From: a virus
Lineage: Duplodnaviria; Caudoviricetes
Virus record (IMG/VR): IMGVR_UViG_3300044638_006829
Coordinates: 1-56,434 of that record
Reading direction: 5' to 3' (one strand)
DNA: 56,434 bases
How positions within the stretch are numbered: the first letter of the stretch is position 1; every line of letters starts with the position of its first letter. The notes beneath the pieces were generated by a model. The model made no database searches. It saw only the letters and a program-made list of their open reading frames with translations, and was not told the origin of the DNA. Shown here piece after piece: positions 1-9,686 of the stretch. The translations under genes and the position numbers were made by a program.

Positions 1-98
1 TTACGTAACAGTCGGATATCTTCTTTCAGGAAAAACAAATTTTCAAACGGTCAGTCGAGCTGACGCATATAGACTGCGCAAGTTCATTGAATCGCACA

Positions 99-359
99 AT
101 GGAACGATTTTTTGGTTCGATCCTAACTGAAGACGAAGCTGTACATCACCCTGCTCACTATACGCAAGGCGATATTGAGTGTATTGATGCTCTGCGAGCT
201 GCTTTAGGTGTTGAAGGTTTTAGAGCGTACTGCAGAGGAGCCTGCTTTAAATACCTGTGGCGCACAGAACACAAAAACGGAGTTCAAGACCTGCAGAAAT
301 GTGCGTGGTATTTGGATCGTTTGATAGAAGAAACAATTAAATCCTCTAAGCTGTCTTAA
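99..359 (+). CDS. DUF3310-family phage protein
   Basis: HPAHYTQGDIECIDA...KYLWR...K.G..DL.KC.WYL signature; ATG at 99 preferred over TTG at 87. Confidence 0.85.
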   Translation: MERFFGSILTEDEAVHHPAHYTQGDIECIDALRAALGVEGFRAYCRGACFKYLWRTEHKNGVQDLQKCAWYLDRLIEETIKSSKLS

Positions 360-373
360 GCACTTGAGTTCGT

Positions 374-658
374 ATGGATGTTCGCGCGTTTGGTTCGGTT
401 TATGGACAGACAGCTGCCCTGCCTTACGGCAGTGGTTTTGGCTGGACTCCTGTGCAAGGACGTATAAATTTTCCAGCATGTCGAGCTATTTTTATCGAAG
501 CTAAAGCGTCCTCCGCTAAAGATACACTTAGTGTTCAGTTATCGGATGCTCCTGGGCAAACATCTACTGCCATAAATTTAGAAGGAAACACGTTAATTCC
601 TCTCTCTTGTACGGCACTTATTAGCGGAACTGTTCAGGGGGTATTTGTTCTATTTTAG
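374..658 (+). CDS. small beta-rich putative virion protein, paralog A
   Basis: 94 aa; MDVRAFGS..Q..LPY.SG..NF.ACRA shared with the next gene. Confidence 0.7.
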   Translation: MDVRAFGSVYGQTAALPYGSGFGWTPVQGRINFPACRAIFIEAKASSAKDTLSVQLSDAPGQTSTAINLEGNTLIPLSCTALISGTVQGVFVLF

Positions 659-737
659 TGAGCATTTATACGCATTTATGTCTGATTGTGAATGTTTAAA
701 TGTTAGTTGCTAAACTACTCTGAGCCATTTGTGTTGT

Positions 738-1022
738 ATGGATGTTCGAGCTTTAGGCAGTTACTACCCGCAAACTGCGTCTTTACCTTATGCTAGTGGC
801 CACCCACTTACAATCAGTGGTCGTTCCCATAATTTTGCCGCTTGTCGTGCTGTTTACATAAACGACGGCACGGCTAATCACGATTTGCAAGTTGTGTTTG
901 CAGATGGTCTAGGTGTTCCTGTTACCTTAAAACGCGTTACACCTAACGATTTGCTTCCTTTGTCTATTGTCACAATCAGCGGTGCTCAGACCACCGTAGC
1001 TGAAGTTGTACTTCTGTACTAA
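738..1022 (+). CDS. small beta-rich putative virion protein, paralog B
   Basis: MDVRALGSYYPQTASLPYASG..NFAACRA; ATG at 738 aligns with the paralog A start. Confidence 0.7.
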   Translation: MDVRALGSYYPQTASLPYASGHPLTISGRSHNFAACRAVYINDGTANHDLQVVFADGLGVPVTLKRVTPNDLLPLSIVTISGAQTTVAEVVLLY

Positions 1023-1249
1023 TGGCCGACATAGCTAAGAAAAAAGATCCCGCCAAGTGGGCTCAAGCTAAGGCAAAAGCTCGCGCAAAACTTGGCGGAC
1101 ATAGTGCTCGCGCAATGCAGCTTGCGACTAAGTACTATAAAGATGCGGGCGGTCGGTATGCCGGCAAAAAATCGTCCGAAAATCGGCTGAGTCGCTGGTC
1201 TAAAGAAGACTGGCAAACTCGCGAAGAATACGAAAAAGGCTCGGACTGA
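1022..1249 (+). CDS. basic protein, N-terminal half of a DUF5872-like protein
   Basis: SAR..QL..K.Y...GG.Y.G...L..W..EDWQT motif. Confidence 0.65.
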   Translation: MADIAKKKDPAKWAQAKAKARAKLGGHSARAMQLATKYYKDAGGRYAGKKSSENRLSRWSKEDWQTREEYEKGSD

Positions 1250-1494
1250 TGGCTTCCTCTTACTCGACTAAAGATCTCGTCACAGCCCTGACAGGAGAAC
1301 GCCGAGGTTTTCGTGACGATTCTTTATCCGATGTAACTTCAGCTGAGCTTTTTTCGGATATCACAGGCAGCGACAGTCGACGACTCGCCTTGTTAGGTCG
1401 GATTATTGAACCCCTCAAGGATGAGCTGTTGAAAGCGGCTCAGCTGTCTCAAGGCACGGTTGCTCCTGTTAACAAGTTGTCGCAATACATCTGA
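1249..1494 (+). CDS. hypothetical protein
   Basis: 81 aa; TGATG stop/start coupling on both sides. Confidence 0.65.
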   Translation: MASSYSTKDLVTALTGERRGFRDDSLSDVTSAELFSDITGSDSRRLALLGRIIEPLKDELLKAAQLSQGTVAPVNKLSQYI

Positions 1495-1715
1495 TGGCAG
1501 ACCTCGCTCGCGAAAAAGGTCGAACTGAGCGGTATTTGCCGCGTCGAGCGTGGGCTGAGTTGTCTCCCTCTGAGAGACGGGCTACGGATGAGGCTAAAAA
1601 ACGGGCCACTCATGGCGATAAACCTGTGAACACCCGTGTGCCAAACACGGAAAAAGCTAAAGAAGCGAGGCGCCGTGCTTCCGAGTATATTAAAAAGCGG
1701 GCGACTAAGGCTTAG
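1494..1715 (+). CDS. basic protein, C-terminal half of a DUF5872-like protein
   Basis: RYLP..AW..LS..E...TD..K....VPNTEKAK.AR motif. Confidence 0.65.
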   Translation: MADLAREKGRTERYLPRRAWAELSPSERRATDEAKKRATHGDKPVNTRVPNTEKAKEARRRASEYIKKRATKA

Positions 1716-1717
1716 CT

Positions 1718-2032
1718 ATGAATCCGTACTCTCGTGCAGCTGATTTTTTTGGTCGGTCTTACTCTGATCAGAATGCTGCTGCCGTGAGACAGGAGAGGGA
1801 TACGGAGCGAACTTCGGATGATGCCGACATCAATCCTTATTCCACAAACCTAACTATTGGTGCTGTTCCTCCGTCCGTTAACGCACCTGGCGGCGAGCAA
1901 GCAGACATCAACGACTACGTGACAGACGTTAAAGAAGATTTGATATCTAAGGCTCAGGCCAAGCGGCGCCCGACTAACGGCGAACCCGCGTATCGCGCTG
2001 GTGGAGGCATCAATTACGCCGTTAAGCGCTAA
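1718..2032 (+). CDS. hypothetical protein
   Basis: 104-aa ORF tightly packed in the gene array. Confidence 0.6.
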   Translation: MNPYSRAADFFGRSYSDQNAAAVRQERDTERTSDDADINPYSTNLTIGAVPPSVNAPGGEQADINDYVTDVKEDLISKAQAKRRPTNGEPAYRAGGGINYAVKR

Positions 2033-2056
2033 TATGCTGGCAGCTTAAGACCTGCC

Positions 2057-2893
2057 GTGCTTTTCGATTGTTTTCTGTATTTTGACGAAAAAGAGCTTCT
2101 CGAACTGCGTATCGAGATGCTTAAAGATGTTGTAGATGGTTTTATTATCACTGACGGCAACCGTACGTTTAAAGGCGACCCAAAACCTTTTACGTGCGTA
2201 GATACTATTCGGGAACTCGGGCTTCCTGAAGAAAAAATTCAAGTTTTACACGTCGAGCTGCCCACGCCTGAGGACATTGCCAACCCGTGGGCACGGGAAT
2301 ACGCCCAACGGGATGCTTTGGGCGTCGGAATGCGGATGACTCCGCCCGATTCGGTTTTCTTCTTCAGCGATGTAGATGAGATCCCTAAACCCGAAGCTTT
2401 GCTAGAGGCGGTTGAGCTGGCTAAAGCGGATACCAGTCGGTGTGTGCGCCTGTCGATGCCGATGTTTTACGGGCGAGCTGATCTTCGCGTGCTGAATCCG
2501 GAGGGGAACCCTGCCGAAGCTCCTACGAATTGGACTTGCGGCACAGTTGTGCTCCACGAACACCTGACTCAAACTCCGTCGCAAATCCGATCCAACCCGA
2601 ACGACATTGTTGTAGGTAATTGCGATGCGGGTTGGCACTTCAGCTGGATGGGAGACGCTGAAAGAATGAAACGTAAGGTCACTTCGTTCTCTCACTGTTA
2701 CGACGTTATCCCTAATGCGGTAGCGCCTGCGGATAGCCCTGAAATGTTGGCTTATTTGGACTCGTATAAAGCTTCGGCTGGCGGTACGGATCCTCTTGGC
2801 CGTGGGGATCACGTTTTAGTTCCTTATCCGCATGATCTTTTGCCGGAAAAATTGTTTAAACTTGAGAGAGTGAAGCAGTATCTGTTGCCGTGA
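2057..2893 (+). CDS. glycosyltransferase family 17 (GnT-III/MGAT3-like)
   Basis: FDCF.YF.E.ELLELR, T..G.PKP, E..QR, SDVDEIP (DxD) and GWHFSW..K..SFSH motifs. Confidence 0.85.
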   Translation: MLFDCFLYFDEKELLELRIEMLKDVVDGFIITDGNRTFKGDPKPFTCVDTIRELGLPEEKIQVLHVELPTPEDIANPWAREYAQRDALGVGMRMTPPDSVFFFSDVDEIPKPEALLEAVELAKADTSRCVRLSMPMFYGRADLRVLNPEGNPAEAPTNWTCGTVVLHEHLTQTPSQIRSNPNDIVVGNCDAGWHFSWMGDAERMKRKVTSFSHCYDVIPNAVAPADSPEMLAYLDSYKASAGGTDPLGRGDHVLVPYPHDLLPEKLFKLERVKQYLLP

Positions 2894-3585
2894 CATCCCA
2901 AGCTAAAGCTTTGCTCGGTCAAGCTATTCAAAGTGCGGGAGAAAGTCTCACGAGGAAAGAAGCTTCTAAAATTTCGCGGTCTACTGGCAAATCCGTCGCT
3001 CAGGTAATGGCTAAGGCCCAAGATAAAGGGGTGGCTTTAGGTTCTGGTTTAGTTAATAAGTTTAATCGCGGTCTGATGGGGCCGAATTTGGGCGATACTC
3101 GCTCTTTCTTCGGCGTTACTTTAGGGCAGCCTGGTGTCGATAAAGGCACAACGCGCGCTTTAGAAAAGTTAGCTCCTCTGCAAAATTTACAGATGAGCAA
3201 AGGTACTGTTTATGCGGGGTATAGCACCACCACTACCCCAGGGGCTACGCGTAACACGCCTATGGAGGGTTTTTCTTCCACTCCGGCTCGTACTACCTAC
3301 AACCCTATTGTCTTACCTAAGAGTTTATTCACTGCGAATCAAACAGCGCCCGCTCAAGCTTCGACAACTACTGAAACAACTGCTTCAACACCTGCAACCA
3401 CTACTCCCGCAACCTCAACTACCGCTACAACGACGCAAACTCCAAGCGCACCTACTGCTGCGGAGAAAAAGCCTAAGACTATTAAGGATAAACTCAAAGC
3501 TGTTCAAGCTAAAGAGAAGGCTTTAAAATTTCAGCTGAAAACCAAGCGTCAAGAGCGAAAGGCTGCCGCTCAAACTGGAGCCTGA
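2890..3585 (+). CDS. basic Thr/Ala-rich hypothetical protein, possibly virion-internal
   Basis: GTGA overlap with GT17; T/A/P-rich linker and Lys-rich C-terminus. Confidence 0.6.
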   Translation: MTSQAKALLGQAIQSAGESLTRKEASKISRSTGKSVAQVMAKAQDKGVALGSGLVNKFNRGLMGPNLGDTRSFFGVTLGQPGVDKGTTRALEKLAPLQNLQMSKGTVYAGYSTTTTPGATRNTPMEGFSSTPARTTYNPIVLPKSLFTANQTAPAQASTTTETTASTPATTTPATSTTATTTQTPSAPTAAEKKPKTIKDKLKAVQAKEKALKFQLKTKRQERKAAAQTGA

Positions 3586-3633
3586 GTCGCTGCTAGTGTT
3601 CTGCTGTAATCTTCCCACGAGTAATTCTTAGAC

Positions 3634-5865
3634 ATGGCGGATACGCTCGGCGTTCGACAGAGGTTTAACGAGATTCTCGAAGCTTCTCGGACGCAAGATC
3701 GTTCGCATCAATCAGCCACCATGGTGGTTTTAAGTCATTTGCAGCAAATGGTGCTGCTTATGATTAAAAAAGGTCTATTTTTTTACTGTGAGCAGGACAC
3801 CTACAGAGCAAGAACTAAATTTATACAAGATTTACTTGATCTAAATAAGTTAGATATTCGATTTCCGGCGATTATTCGTAATTTTCTGTTAGACGGCTGC
3901 GGGTTGTTTTATTTCCGACCGGATCCCAAGCTGAAATATCAAATTTATTTCTTCTCTAAAGATCAATATAGGGTATACCATGATATTAACGGCAATATAG
4001 ATGAAGTTGTAATCATCTATAGCTATAAAGTACGGAATTCCAACCTTGGGCTTCCGTCCGACAGCTACGGAATGAACGAAAGGTTTGTTCGTATCTCAAT
4101 TACGAACGACCACATCAATGAATTTGAAGCCAATACTGAACTCAGCTTCGAACTCGAACCTGGCGCTATCCTCACTCCTCGAAACAGCCGCCCCAACAAT
4201 CTTGGGTTTATCCCAGCGGTAGAAGTACTAAACAAACCCAATAGCAGCGGTACAGAAGGCGAGGGCGAGTTTGAACCGTTCATGGAGCAGATCGTGCTTC
4301 ATGATCAGATGATGCGAAATATCGCCAAGAACATTGAGTTCTTCGGCAACCCCACGCTGATCAGCTCCCGTCCACGTAGTGATCTGGTCGAAGCTTCGGA
4401 TTCTGATCGTACTTTCCGTCCGACCATCAGCAGCCAAAGCGGATTTGCTGGTCGCGATACTCCGTCGACGCGTGTATCCGAGCCGTTCGGAGCTAGCTCT
4501 GGTATTGGCGGTTTGAAGGTTCCGCGTATCATCGCGAACGTCGAGCCCAACGACCGCGTGGGCTACATGACGCCTGACCCCGTAAACGGGGACATGAATC
4601 GTTACGCTTTGTTGCTGCGAGAAGAAATTCGCACAGCTCTGGGTGGTGTTGACGAAATCTCTATCTCAGCTGGTGCGACGGCTACGGAGATTAAAGGTCT
4701 GATGGGCAGGGCTCAGGCCACGGCTCTGCGGAAAAACAAAAGTTTCTTAACTTACGGGTTCTGCAAACTGATCGAGATGATTTTGTATCATCAAGAGCAA
4801 GTTTTCCGCGAGAGCTTTATTGCGGTTTCGGGTCTAAAGGAACCCAATCCTCCTAAGGAAGACACCCCCGAAAATCAAGAAAAGTATCAAGTTGCTCTCG
4901 CTAAATTCGAGGTCAAAGTTGATACGGCAATCAAGGCTGCTCTTGATAACAACGATGTTCCTGCAGGCGTTTACGGGCTTCCTCCTGACGGAGACAGGCA
5001 GGTAACGTATCGATTCCAAGGGGATGTTTACGAGGACACTGCGTACGACATCAACCAGAAATCTATTGTTGTTCGCAACCTGCAGGAATTAGGTGTCGAT
5101 TCTGTAGAGGCGTTGAAGTACTTGTTCCCGGACAAGACTGATTCTGAGCGTGGGGAGATGCTGAAAGGCTTCCCTTTCCGAATGATTCAGCAAACACAAG
5201 GCGCAATGCAGCAATTTTTAGTATTATTAAGTCAGATGTTGCAGACGCCACATCCACTTGCGCCGAATCAACCGCTTGCGGCTGATCCCCGGCTAAACCT
5301 AACGGGCCTGTTATACAGGACGTTCGATCACCTTGCGCAAGAACTGACTTACTCGGGCAGCTATGAGCCAGCAGATCCCAGCTTCGATCCCGAGCCCGGT
5401 CTCCCCGGCGGTAGCGGCCCCTCAGGCAGCGCCCTCGGCGGACATGGGCTCCACAGCCTATCCGCAGTGGGTAGCCAATACCCAGGCGGCACCTTCGGCA
5501 GTTATGCCCCAAGTGCCGTCGCCGGCAACACAGGCTTCGGTCCCTTCTACCAACAGCCAGTACAGCCAGTCTCCGTCAGCCTCCTCCCCGTCCAATCCCT
5601 GGGAAGCGGCGATGGGCAGTCTGGAACGGGTGATGTCTCGAATCTCCCCGTCCCCCAGCCAGGCACAACAGTATCCGCAGTACCAGATGGTGCCGCAGGA
5701 TACTCAACAGTACAGTCAGGTTTCACAGGCCCAGCCCTGGCAGTACCAAGCCCCTACGGATCCGCAGACCTCGTTCAGCAACGGATCTACAACCCAGACT
5801 TCTTATCCGACTTCTACGGAAGCGCAGTCCGCTCAACTAAGCGAGGCAACCGCCGCCGTAGTTAA
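3634..5865 (+). CDS. putative portal protein
   Basis: Large ORF ahead of scaffold and capsid; G(F)IP.V motif and helical stem typical of portals; call is partly positional. Confidence 0.65.
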   Translation: MADTLGVRQRFNEILEASRTQDRSHQSATMVVLSHLQQMVLLMIKKGLFFYCEQDTYRARTKFIQDLLDLNKLDIRFPAIIRNFLLDGCGLFYFRPDPKLKYQIYFFSKDQYRVYHDINGNIDEVVIIYSYKVRNSNLGLPSDSYGMNERFVRISITNDHINEFEANTELSFELEPGAILTPRNSRPNNLGFIPAVEVLNKPNSSGTEGEGEFEPFMEQIVLHDQMMRNIAKNIEFFGNPTLISSRPRSDLVEASDSDRTFRPTISSQSGFAGRDTPSTRVSEPFGASSGIGGLKVPRIIANVEPNDRVGYMTPDPVNGDMNRYALLLREEIRTALGGVDEISISAGATATEIKGLMGRAQATALRKNKSFLTYGFCKLIEMILYHQEQVFRESFIAVSGLKEPNPPKEDTPENQEKYQVALAKFEVKVDTAIKAALDNNDVPAGVYGLPPDGDRQVTYRFQGDVYEDTAYDINQKSIVVRNLQELGVDSVEALKYLFPDKTDSERGEMLKGFPFRMIQQTQGAMQQFLVLLSQMLQTPHPLAPNQPLAADPRLNLTGLLYRTFDHLAQELTYSGSYEPADPSFDPEPGLPGGSGPSGSALGGHGLHSLSAVGSQYPGGTFGSYAPSAVAGNTGFGPFYQQPVQPVSVSLLPVQSLGSGDGQSGTGDVSNLPVPQPGTTVSAVPDGAAGYSTVQSGFTGPALAVPSPYGSADLVQQRIYNPDFLSDFYGSAVRSTKRGNRRRS

Positions 5866-6286
5866 CCACTTCGGTATCGAAGCTCCTGCGATTCTGAACG
5901 AGTACTCCGTTACTCTCGAAGACACCCTGATCTCTCAGAATGAGACTCTGGAAGCTCTCGCCATGCGTGCGGGTGCCATGGAGCACATCCTGACTGATCC
6001 TGATCAGCTGGCCGATTACACCAACCGCTTCTTCACCGAGGTCTACCCCGTGGACGAAGATGGTCAGTATGACGCCAACAACGGTGTCAGCTACGAGCCC
6101 CGCTACGATCAGTTCCCCGCTGTCCCTGCTTCGGCCACGGCCGGTGCTCGCGGTGCGGATCCTGAGTCCCAGTGGAATGGTTTCACCCAAACCATGGATC
6201 AAAGCCCCGAAAACGCTTGGCGATATCTGGCTCAAATGAGCCCCGATGCTCTGCGCAGCAAACTGCTGTTCCTCGATAACGCCTGA
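5363..6286 (+). CDS. putative scaffolding protein
   Basis: P/S/Q/A-rich disordered N-terminus and acidic helical C-terminus; lies between portal and capsid; overlaps the portal by 503 nt. Confidence 0.55.
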   Translation: MSQQIPASIPSPVSPAVAAPQAAPSADMGSTAYPQWVANTQAAPSAVMPQVPSPATQASVPSTNSQYSQSPSASSPSNPWEAAMGSLERVMSRISPSPSQAQQYPQYQMVPQDTQQYSQVSQAQPWQYQAPTDPQTSFSNGSTTQTSYPTSTEAQSAQLSEATAAVVNHFGIEAPAILNEYSVTLEDTLISQNETLEALAMRAGAMEHILTDPDQLADYTNRFFTEVYPVDEDGQYDANNGVSYEPRYDQFPAVPASATAGARGADPESQWNGFTQTMDQSPENAWRYLAQMSPDALRSKLLFLDNA

Positions 6287-6313
6287 GCTAGGCTATATTC
6301 GGACAGAGACCTC

Positions 6314-6342
6314 AAACCCTGCCGTGACTGGCGGGGTTTTTT
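6314..6342 (+). terminator. Rho-independent terminator
   Basis: aaaccctgcc-gtgact-ggcggggttt stem followed by a T-run. Confidence 0.8.
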
Positions 6343-6375
6343 ATTGCTAAATTACATATAAGAGTTATTAAAACC

Positions 6376-6582
6376 TTGGCCCCCTTCAAATCGGAAAGCC
6401 AGCGCCGCAAATTTTACGCGATGGCCGAACGCGGTGAAATTTCTAAAGGCAAAGTCGCTGAGTACGAGCGTGAGACCAAAAAAGATTTGCCTGAAAAGGT
6501 TAAGTCTGATGAGAAACGTGCTGCCGCTAAAGCCAAAGCCGTAAAATTCAAGAAAAAGAAGGAGATGACCGAGCGTGGCTAA
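6376..6582 (+). CDS. small basic phage protein (PFKSE.QRR type)
   Basis: PFKSESQRRKFYA N-terminus; Lys-rich; TTG start. Confidence 0.65.
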   Translation: MAPFKSESQRRKFYAMAERGEISKGKVAEYERETKKDLPEKVKSDEKRAAAKAKAVKFKKKKEMTERG

Positions 6583-6751
6583 TCTAAATAGGCGTTCTAA
6601 GGGCTCTTCGGACGCATCTGCGACTATTGAAGCCCTTAAACAGGAGATTGATGCGCTAAAACAGCTGTATGTACAAGACATGCAGAACATTAGTGCGGAT
6701 ATGCAGACTCTGAATCAAAAAATTACGCCTGTAGTAACTGCCGAAGGTTAA
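6575..6751 (+). CDS. 58-aa coiled-coil protein (not in ORF track)
   Basis: GTG start with GGAG at 6561; MANLNRRSKG...IEALKQEIDALKQLY...TAEG*. Confidence 0.6.
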   Translation: MANLNRRSKGSSDASATIEALKQEIDALKQLYVQDMQNISADMQTLNQKITPVVTAEG

Positions 6752-6792
6752 ATTTCGACGCTTTATACTATAAATATCTGCCGGTCGCTTAA

Positions 6793-7539
6793 ATGTACGC
6801 ACCTTTAAGCAACTGGCGGTACGATCAAGGCCCTCATCGAATTGAAAGTGGCCCAAACTACGAAAGTTACGTAGTTGTTAGCTCGGGAATCCGAGATTTA
6901 GGCGCTGATACGGGAATTATTACTCCTGGAGCCCCTAATAGCGGACTTTGGTACAACACAACAGCGTGGCGAGCAGTTCCGCCCGCTGTTTCGGGTTACT
7001 GGACTGATTACCAGAACGTTGATTACGCTCCTAGTGGCGCTCTCAGTAGTTATGAGGGTTATAGACCTTTAGGAATATCAACTATTGCTGGCGTAAAGGT
7101 TTCCACGTCGTATGGGCCTCAATTTGGCCTGCGGACAGTTGGACAATCTACGTATTTCAACGGTTTAGCCCCGTCTAGTCAGGCATACACGCCATACAAC
7201 ACTCCTGACGACAATACGGCGGCTGAAGGCTACACCGGGGGTGGCGTCACGCATGGGAGGTATGAAGGCGGGATTCTGACTAATCCCACAAACGACACAT
7301 CTGGTTCTCGTGCCTCGTGGCAGTACAACCCACCTGTTTATTGTCGAACTTTTACGGAAACTGTCCGCAGCACAGCTCCGGGCCTAATGTCTTCGGCTCT
7401 TCGGTTTGTCTACAGGGGTAAGGCTGGCACTTACGTTTCTAATTACGCGTCTATCTACCATCAGGCTCCTGAGGGAGTTCGCGTTATGCTCCGAACTTAC
7501 AGCCCTACAGTTAATTCCAGTAATCAGAAAACTGGTTGA
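6793..7539 (+). CDS. putative virion structural protein
   Basis: Y/S/G/T-rich, 248 aa, directly upstream of the capsid gene. Confidence 0.55.
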   Translation: MYAPLSNWRYDQGPHRIESGPNYESYVVVSSGIRDLGADTGIITPGAPNSGLWYNTTAWRAVPPAVSGYWTDYQNVDYAPSGALSSYEGYRPLGISTIAGVKVSTSYGPQFGLRTVGQSTYFNGLAPSSQAYTPYNTPDDNTAAEGYTGGGVTHGRYEGGILTNPTNDTSGSRASWQYNPPVYCRTFTETVRSTAPGLMSSALRFVYRGKAGTYVSNYASIYHQAPEGVRVMLRTYSPTVNSSNQKTG

Positions 7540-7634
7540 GCCGTTTTAAATAAACGCTAAGAATGCGACAACTACAGTTTGTGTGCGTATAATTTTGGTT
7601 AAAATACATATGTAGTTCTTCGGAGGTTGGCGCT

Positions 7635-8750
7635 TTGTTCGTCGACAATGATTTTCCGAAGCTGCTCGGTGCGGAGTTATACCGTCCCCATCCTGCCTAC
7701 GTGGTAGAAATGGCGGCTGAGCCCGTGGTTGTTCACGATTTTAGTAAGCAACCCGGCCAGACTGTACAGCTTGACCGTTATCGTTTCTGGGGCAATCCTG
7801 GCTCTAAAGAGTCTCGGGAGCGCACTGCTGAGCAGACCATTGGTACTGCCAACAGCCGGAACATTGTGAAGGACAAAGTGCTCGTGACCCTTCGCGAGTA
7901 CACTGGTCCTGCGGATCCGAGTGATCCCACTCAGCCCAGCACTTTCAAGATTGCTCGCGAGACTCTGATCACCGCGCAGCGTCTTCTGCTGGACACCGGC
8001 AATCTGACTGCGTTCCACCAGTCAATCGGTTCGCTGACTCTGCTCGACGACTATCGTCGTTGGCGCGACCGGGTGTTCATCAACGAACTCCTTAAAGCAG
8101 TTTCTAAGGGTCAGTCTTCCGACTCCCAAGGTGGTTACTACTACCCCGGCGATCTCGCTGTCGGTAGCCTCACCTACGCAAACGCCGAGCAAGCTAAGTT
8201 CGACGTTAAGGACGACCTGCTCCGCGTGGTTAAATCCATGCGTAAGCGTAACGTCCCGACGTATCAAGACGGTTTCTATCGCTGCGTCTGCGATCCTACC
8301 TTCCTGATGCACCTGCGCCAGAACAGCGACTTCCGTGAAGTGGCTCGTTACCCTGGCAACGGTCAGATTAACCCCCTGATGTCCTCGATGCAGCCTAACG
8401 CTGCCATCTACATGGGTCAGGGCTTTGGGCAAGCCACCTTCGTGGCTGGTGAACCCATTATGCCGACCGGGTTTGTGTTCGAAGGCGTCCGTTTCTTCGA
8501 GTCAACCAACATGCCTTCCCAGTCTCAGACTGCGAGCATCGGTGGCACCTCTGCTTCTTATGAAGCTGCGATTGGTATGTTCTTCGGCCCCCAGAGCGTC
8601 GGCGTCGGTATCGGCGGCAATAACGCTCAGGTGTTGTTGAACAACAACGATGATTTCAGCCGTTTTATCATGATGATTTGGAGCCTGTACGCAGGTTTCG
8701 AACTCCTGAACGCTGATTTCTCGACCATCGCTTACTCCTTTAACGCTTGA
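7635..8750 (+). CDS. major capsid protein
   Basis: 371 aa; PGQTV, L.EY.G and G.FEGVRFFES motifs of HK97-fold (N4-gp56-like) capsids; GGAGG at 7622 before a TTG start; C-ending codon bias typical of high expression. Confidence 0.8.
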   Translation: MFVDNDFPKLLGAELYRPHPAYVVEMAAEPVVVHDFSKQPGQTVQLDRYRFWGNPGSKESRERTAEQTIGTANSRNIVKDKVLVTLREYTGPADPSDPTQPSTFKIARETLITAQRLLLDTGNLTAFHQSIGSLTLLDDYRRWRDRVFINELLKAVSKGQSSDSQGGYYYPGDLAVGSLTYANAEQAKFDVKDDLLRVVKSMRKRNVPTYQDGFYRCVCDPTFLMHLRQNSDFREVARYPGNGQINPLMSSMQPNAAIYMGQGFGQATFVAGEPIMPTGFVFEGVRFFESTNMPSQSQTASIGGTSASYEAAIGMFFGPQSVGVGIGGNNAQVLLNNNDDFSRFIMMIWSLYAGFELLNADFSTIAYSFNA

Positions 8751-8767
8751 TAAGGAGGTAACTAACG

Positions 8768-9637
8768 ATGGCAATCAATCCTAAGCAGATCTCGGTTTCG
8801 AAGATCTACCCCGGTAACTACACTAACGTTCTCCGGTACTGGCACGATTCGAAGTCTGTAGACTTCCTCAACGCAAACGGCACCTCCCAGACGCTGGCTA
8901 ACCAGCCCGTGGGCGGCCCTGTTGGTGTGATCTTCCGTCCCGGTTGGATCGCCCAGCAAGCTGTTGGTTACGTTGACCTGTCTTATCAGGCTCTCGGTAG
9001 CGTCAACCAGCTTGAGTATTACGCCACGCCTTACGGCTCTGGTGGCGCTGACTACGCTCCGTTTGCTAACGGCAACGTAATCATTCCGTCCCCTGATTAC
9101 CACAAGGACGTTCGCACCGACATCACGAACGGTATTACCGTTCCTTCTGGTGCTTATGTGTACCGTGTGGGTCTGCGGGTGACCGGCGGCGACGTGATCT
9201 CCAGTGGCATCACTGGCGGTTCCGCAACCCCCACCCTCGGCGTGGGTCCTGCTGTGGGCGTTGGTCTCAACACCACCCCCACCGCCAGCGGCTTCTTCGC
9301 CACTATTGTCGGCGCCAGCAGCCGGATCGAAAACGGTTCGTTCAATTCCAGCAACGCTTGGAATGATGCGAACATGCACGCAGTTACCACTGACACCACC
9401 TACAAGCTGTTCTCTGTGCAGAACCTTGGCGGTGCCGCTGCGTCCGGTCTCGGTCAAGCTTCCGGTGTGTACGACGATCGTGCAGCTGCCGGTAAGCTGT
9501 CTGGCAAAGACAAAGCCCTCGCTATTTGCGAAGTGTGCTGGCTCGTTCCCGACGAACCCCCCAAGCGCGACGACGTTGTTCTGCAACCTGCCGGCCTGGT
9601 GGAATCCTCTGTGTACACCTCGACCAACCCCGCCTGA
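8768..9637 (+). CDS. abundant virion protein (capsid decoration or minor capsid candidate)
   Basis: AAGGAGGT SD; same codon bias as the capsid; co-transcribed up to the terminator. Confidence 0.6.
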   Translation: MAINPKQISVSKIYPGNYTNVLRYWHDSKSVDFLNANGTSQTLANQPVGGPVGVIFRPGWIAQQAVGYVDLSYQALGSVNQLEYYATPYGSGGADYAPFANGNVIIPSPDYHKDVRTDITNGITVPSGAYVYRVGLRVTGGDVISSGITGGSATPTLGVGPAVGVGLNTTPTASGFFATIVGASSRIENGSFNSSNAWNDANMHAVTTDTTYKLFSVQNLGGAAASGLGQASGVYDDRAAAGKLSGKDKALAICEVCWLVPDEPPKRDDVVLQPAGLVESSVYTSTNPA

Positions 9638-9659
9638 TAAACTTCAGACGGAATGTTCG

Positions 9660-9686
9660 ACCCCCTCTTCGGAGGGGGTTTTTTAT
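9660..9686 (+). terminator. Rho-independent terminator with a cUUCGg loop
   Basis: accccctc-ttcg-gagggggt followed by a T-run, between convergent genes. Confidence 0.9.

Noticed and set aside
8762-9586. 274-aa minus-strand ORF, and similar antisense ORFs over the capsid, primase, PolA and vWA genes
   Set aside because: Shadow ORFs caused by the codon bias of the sense genes; no motifs or expression signals.
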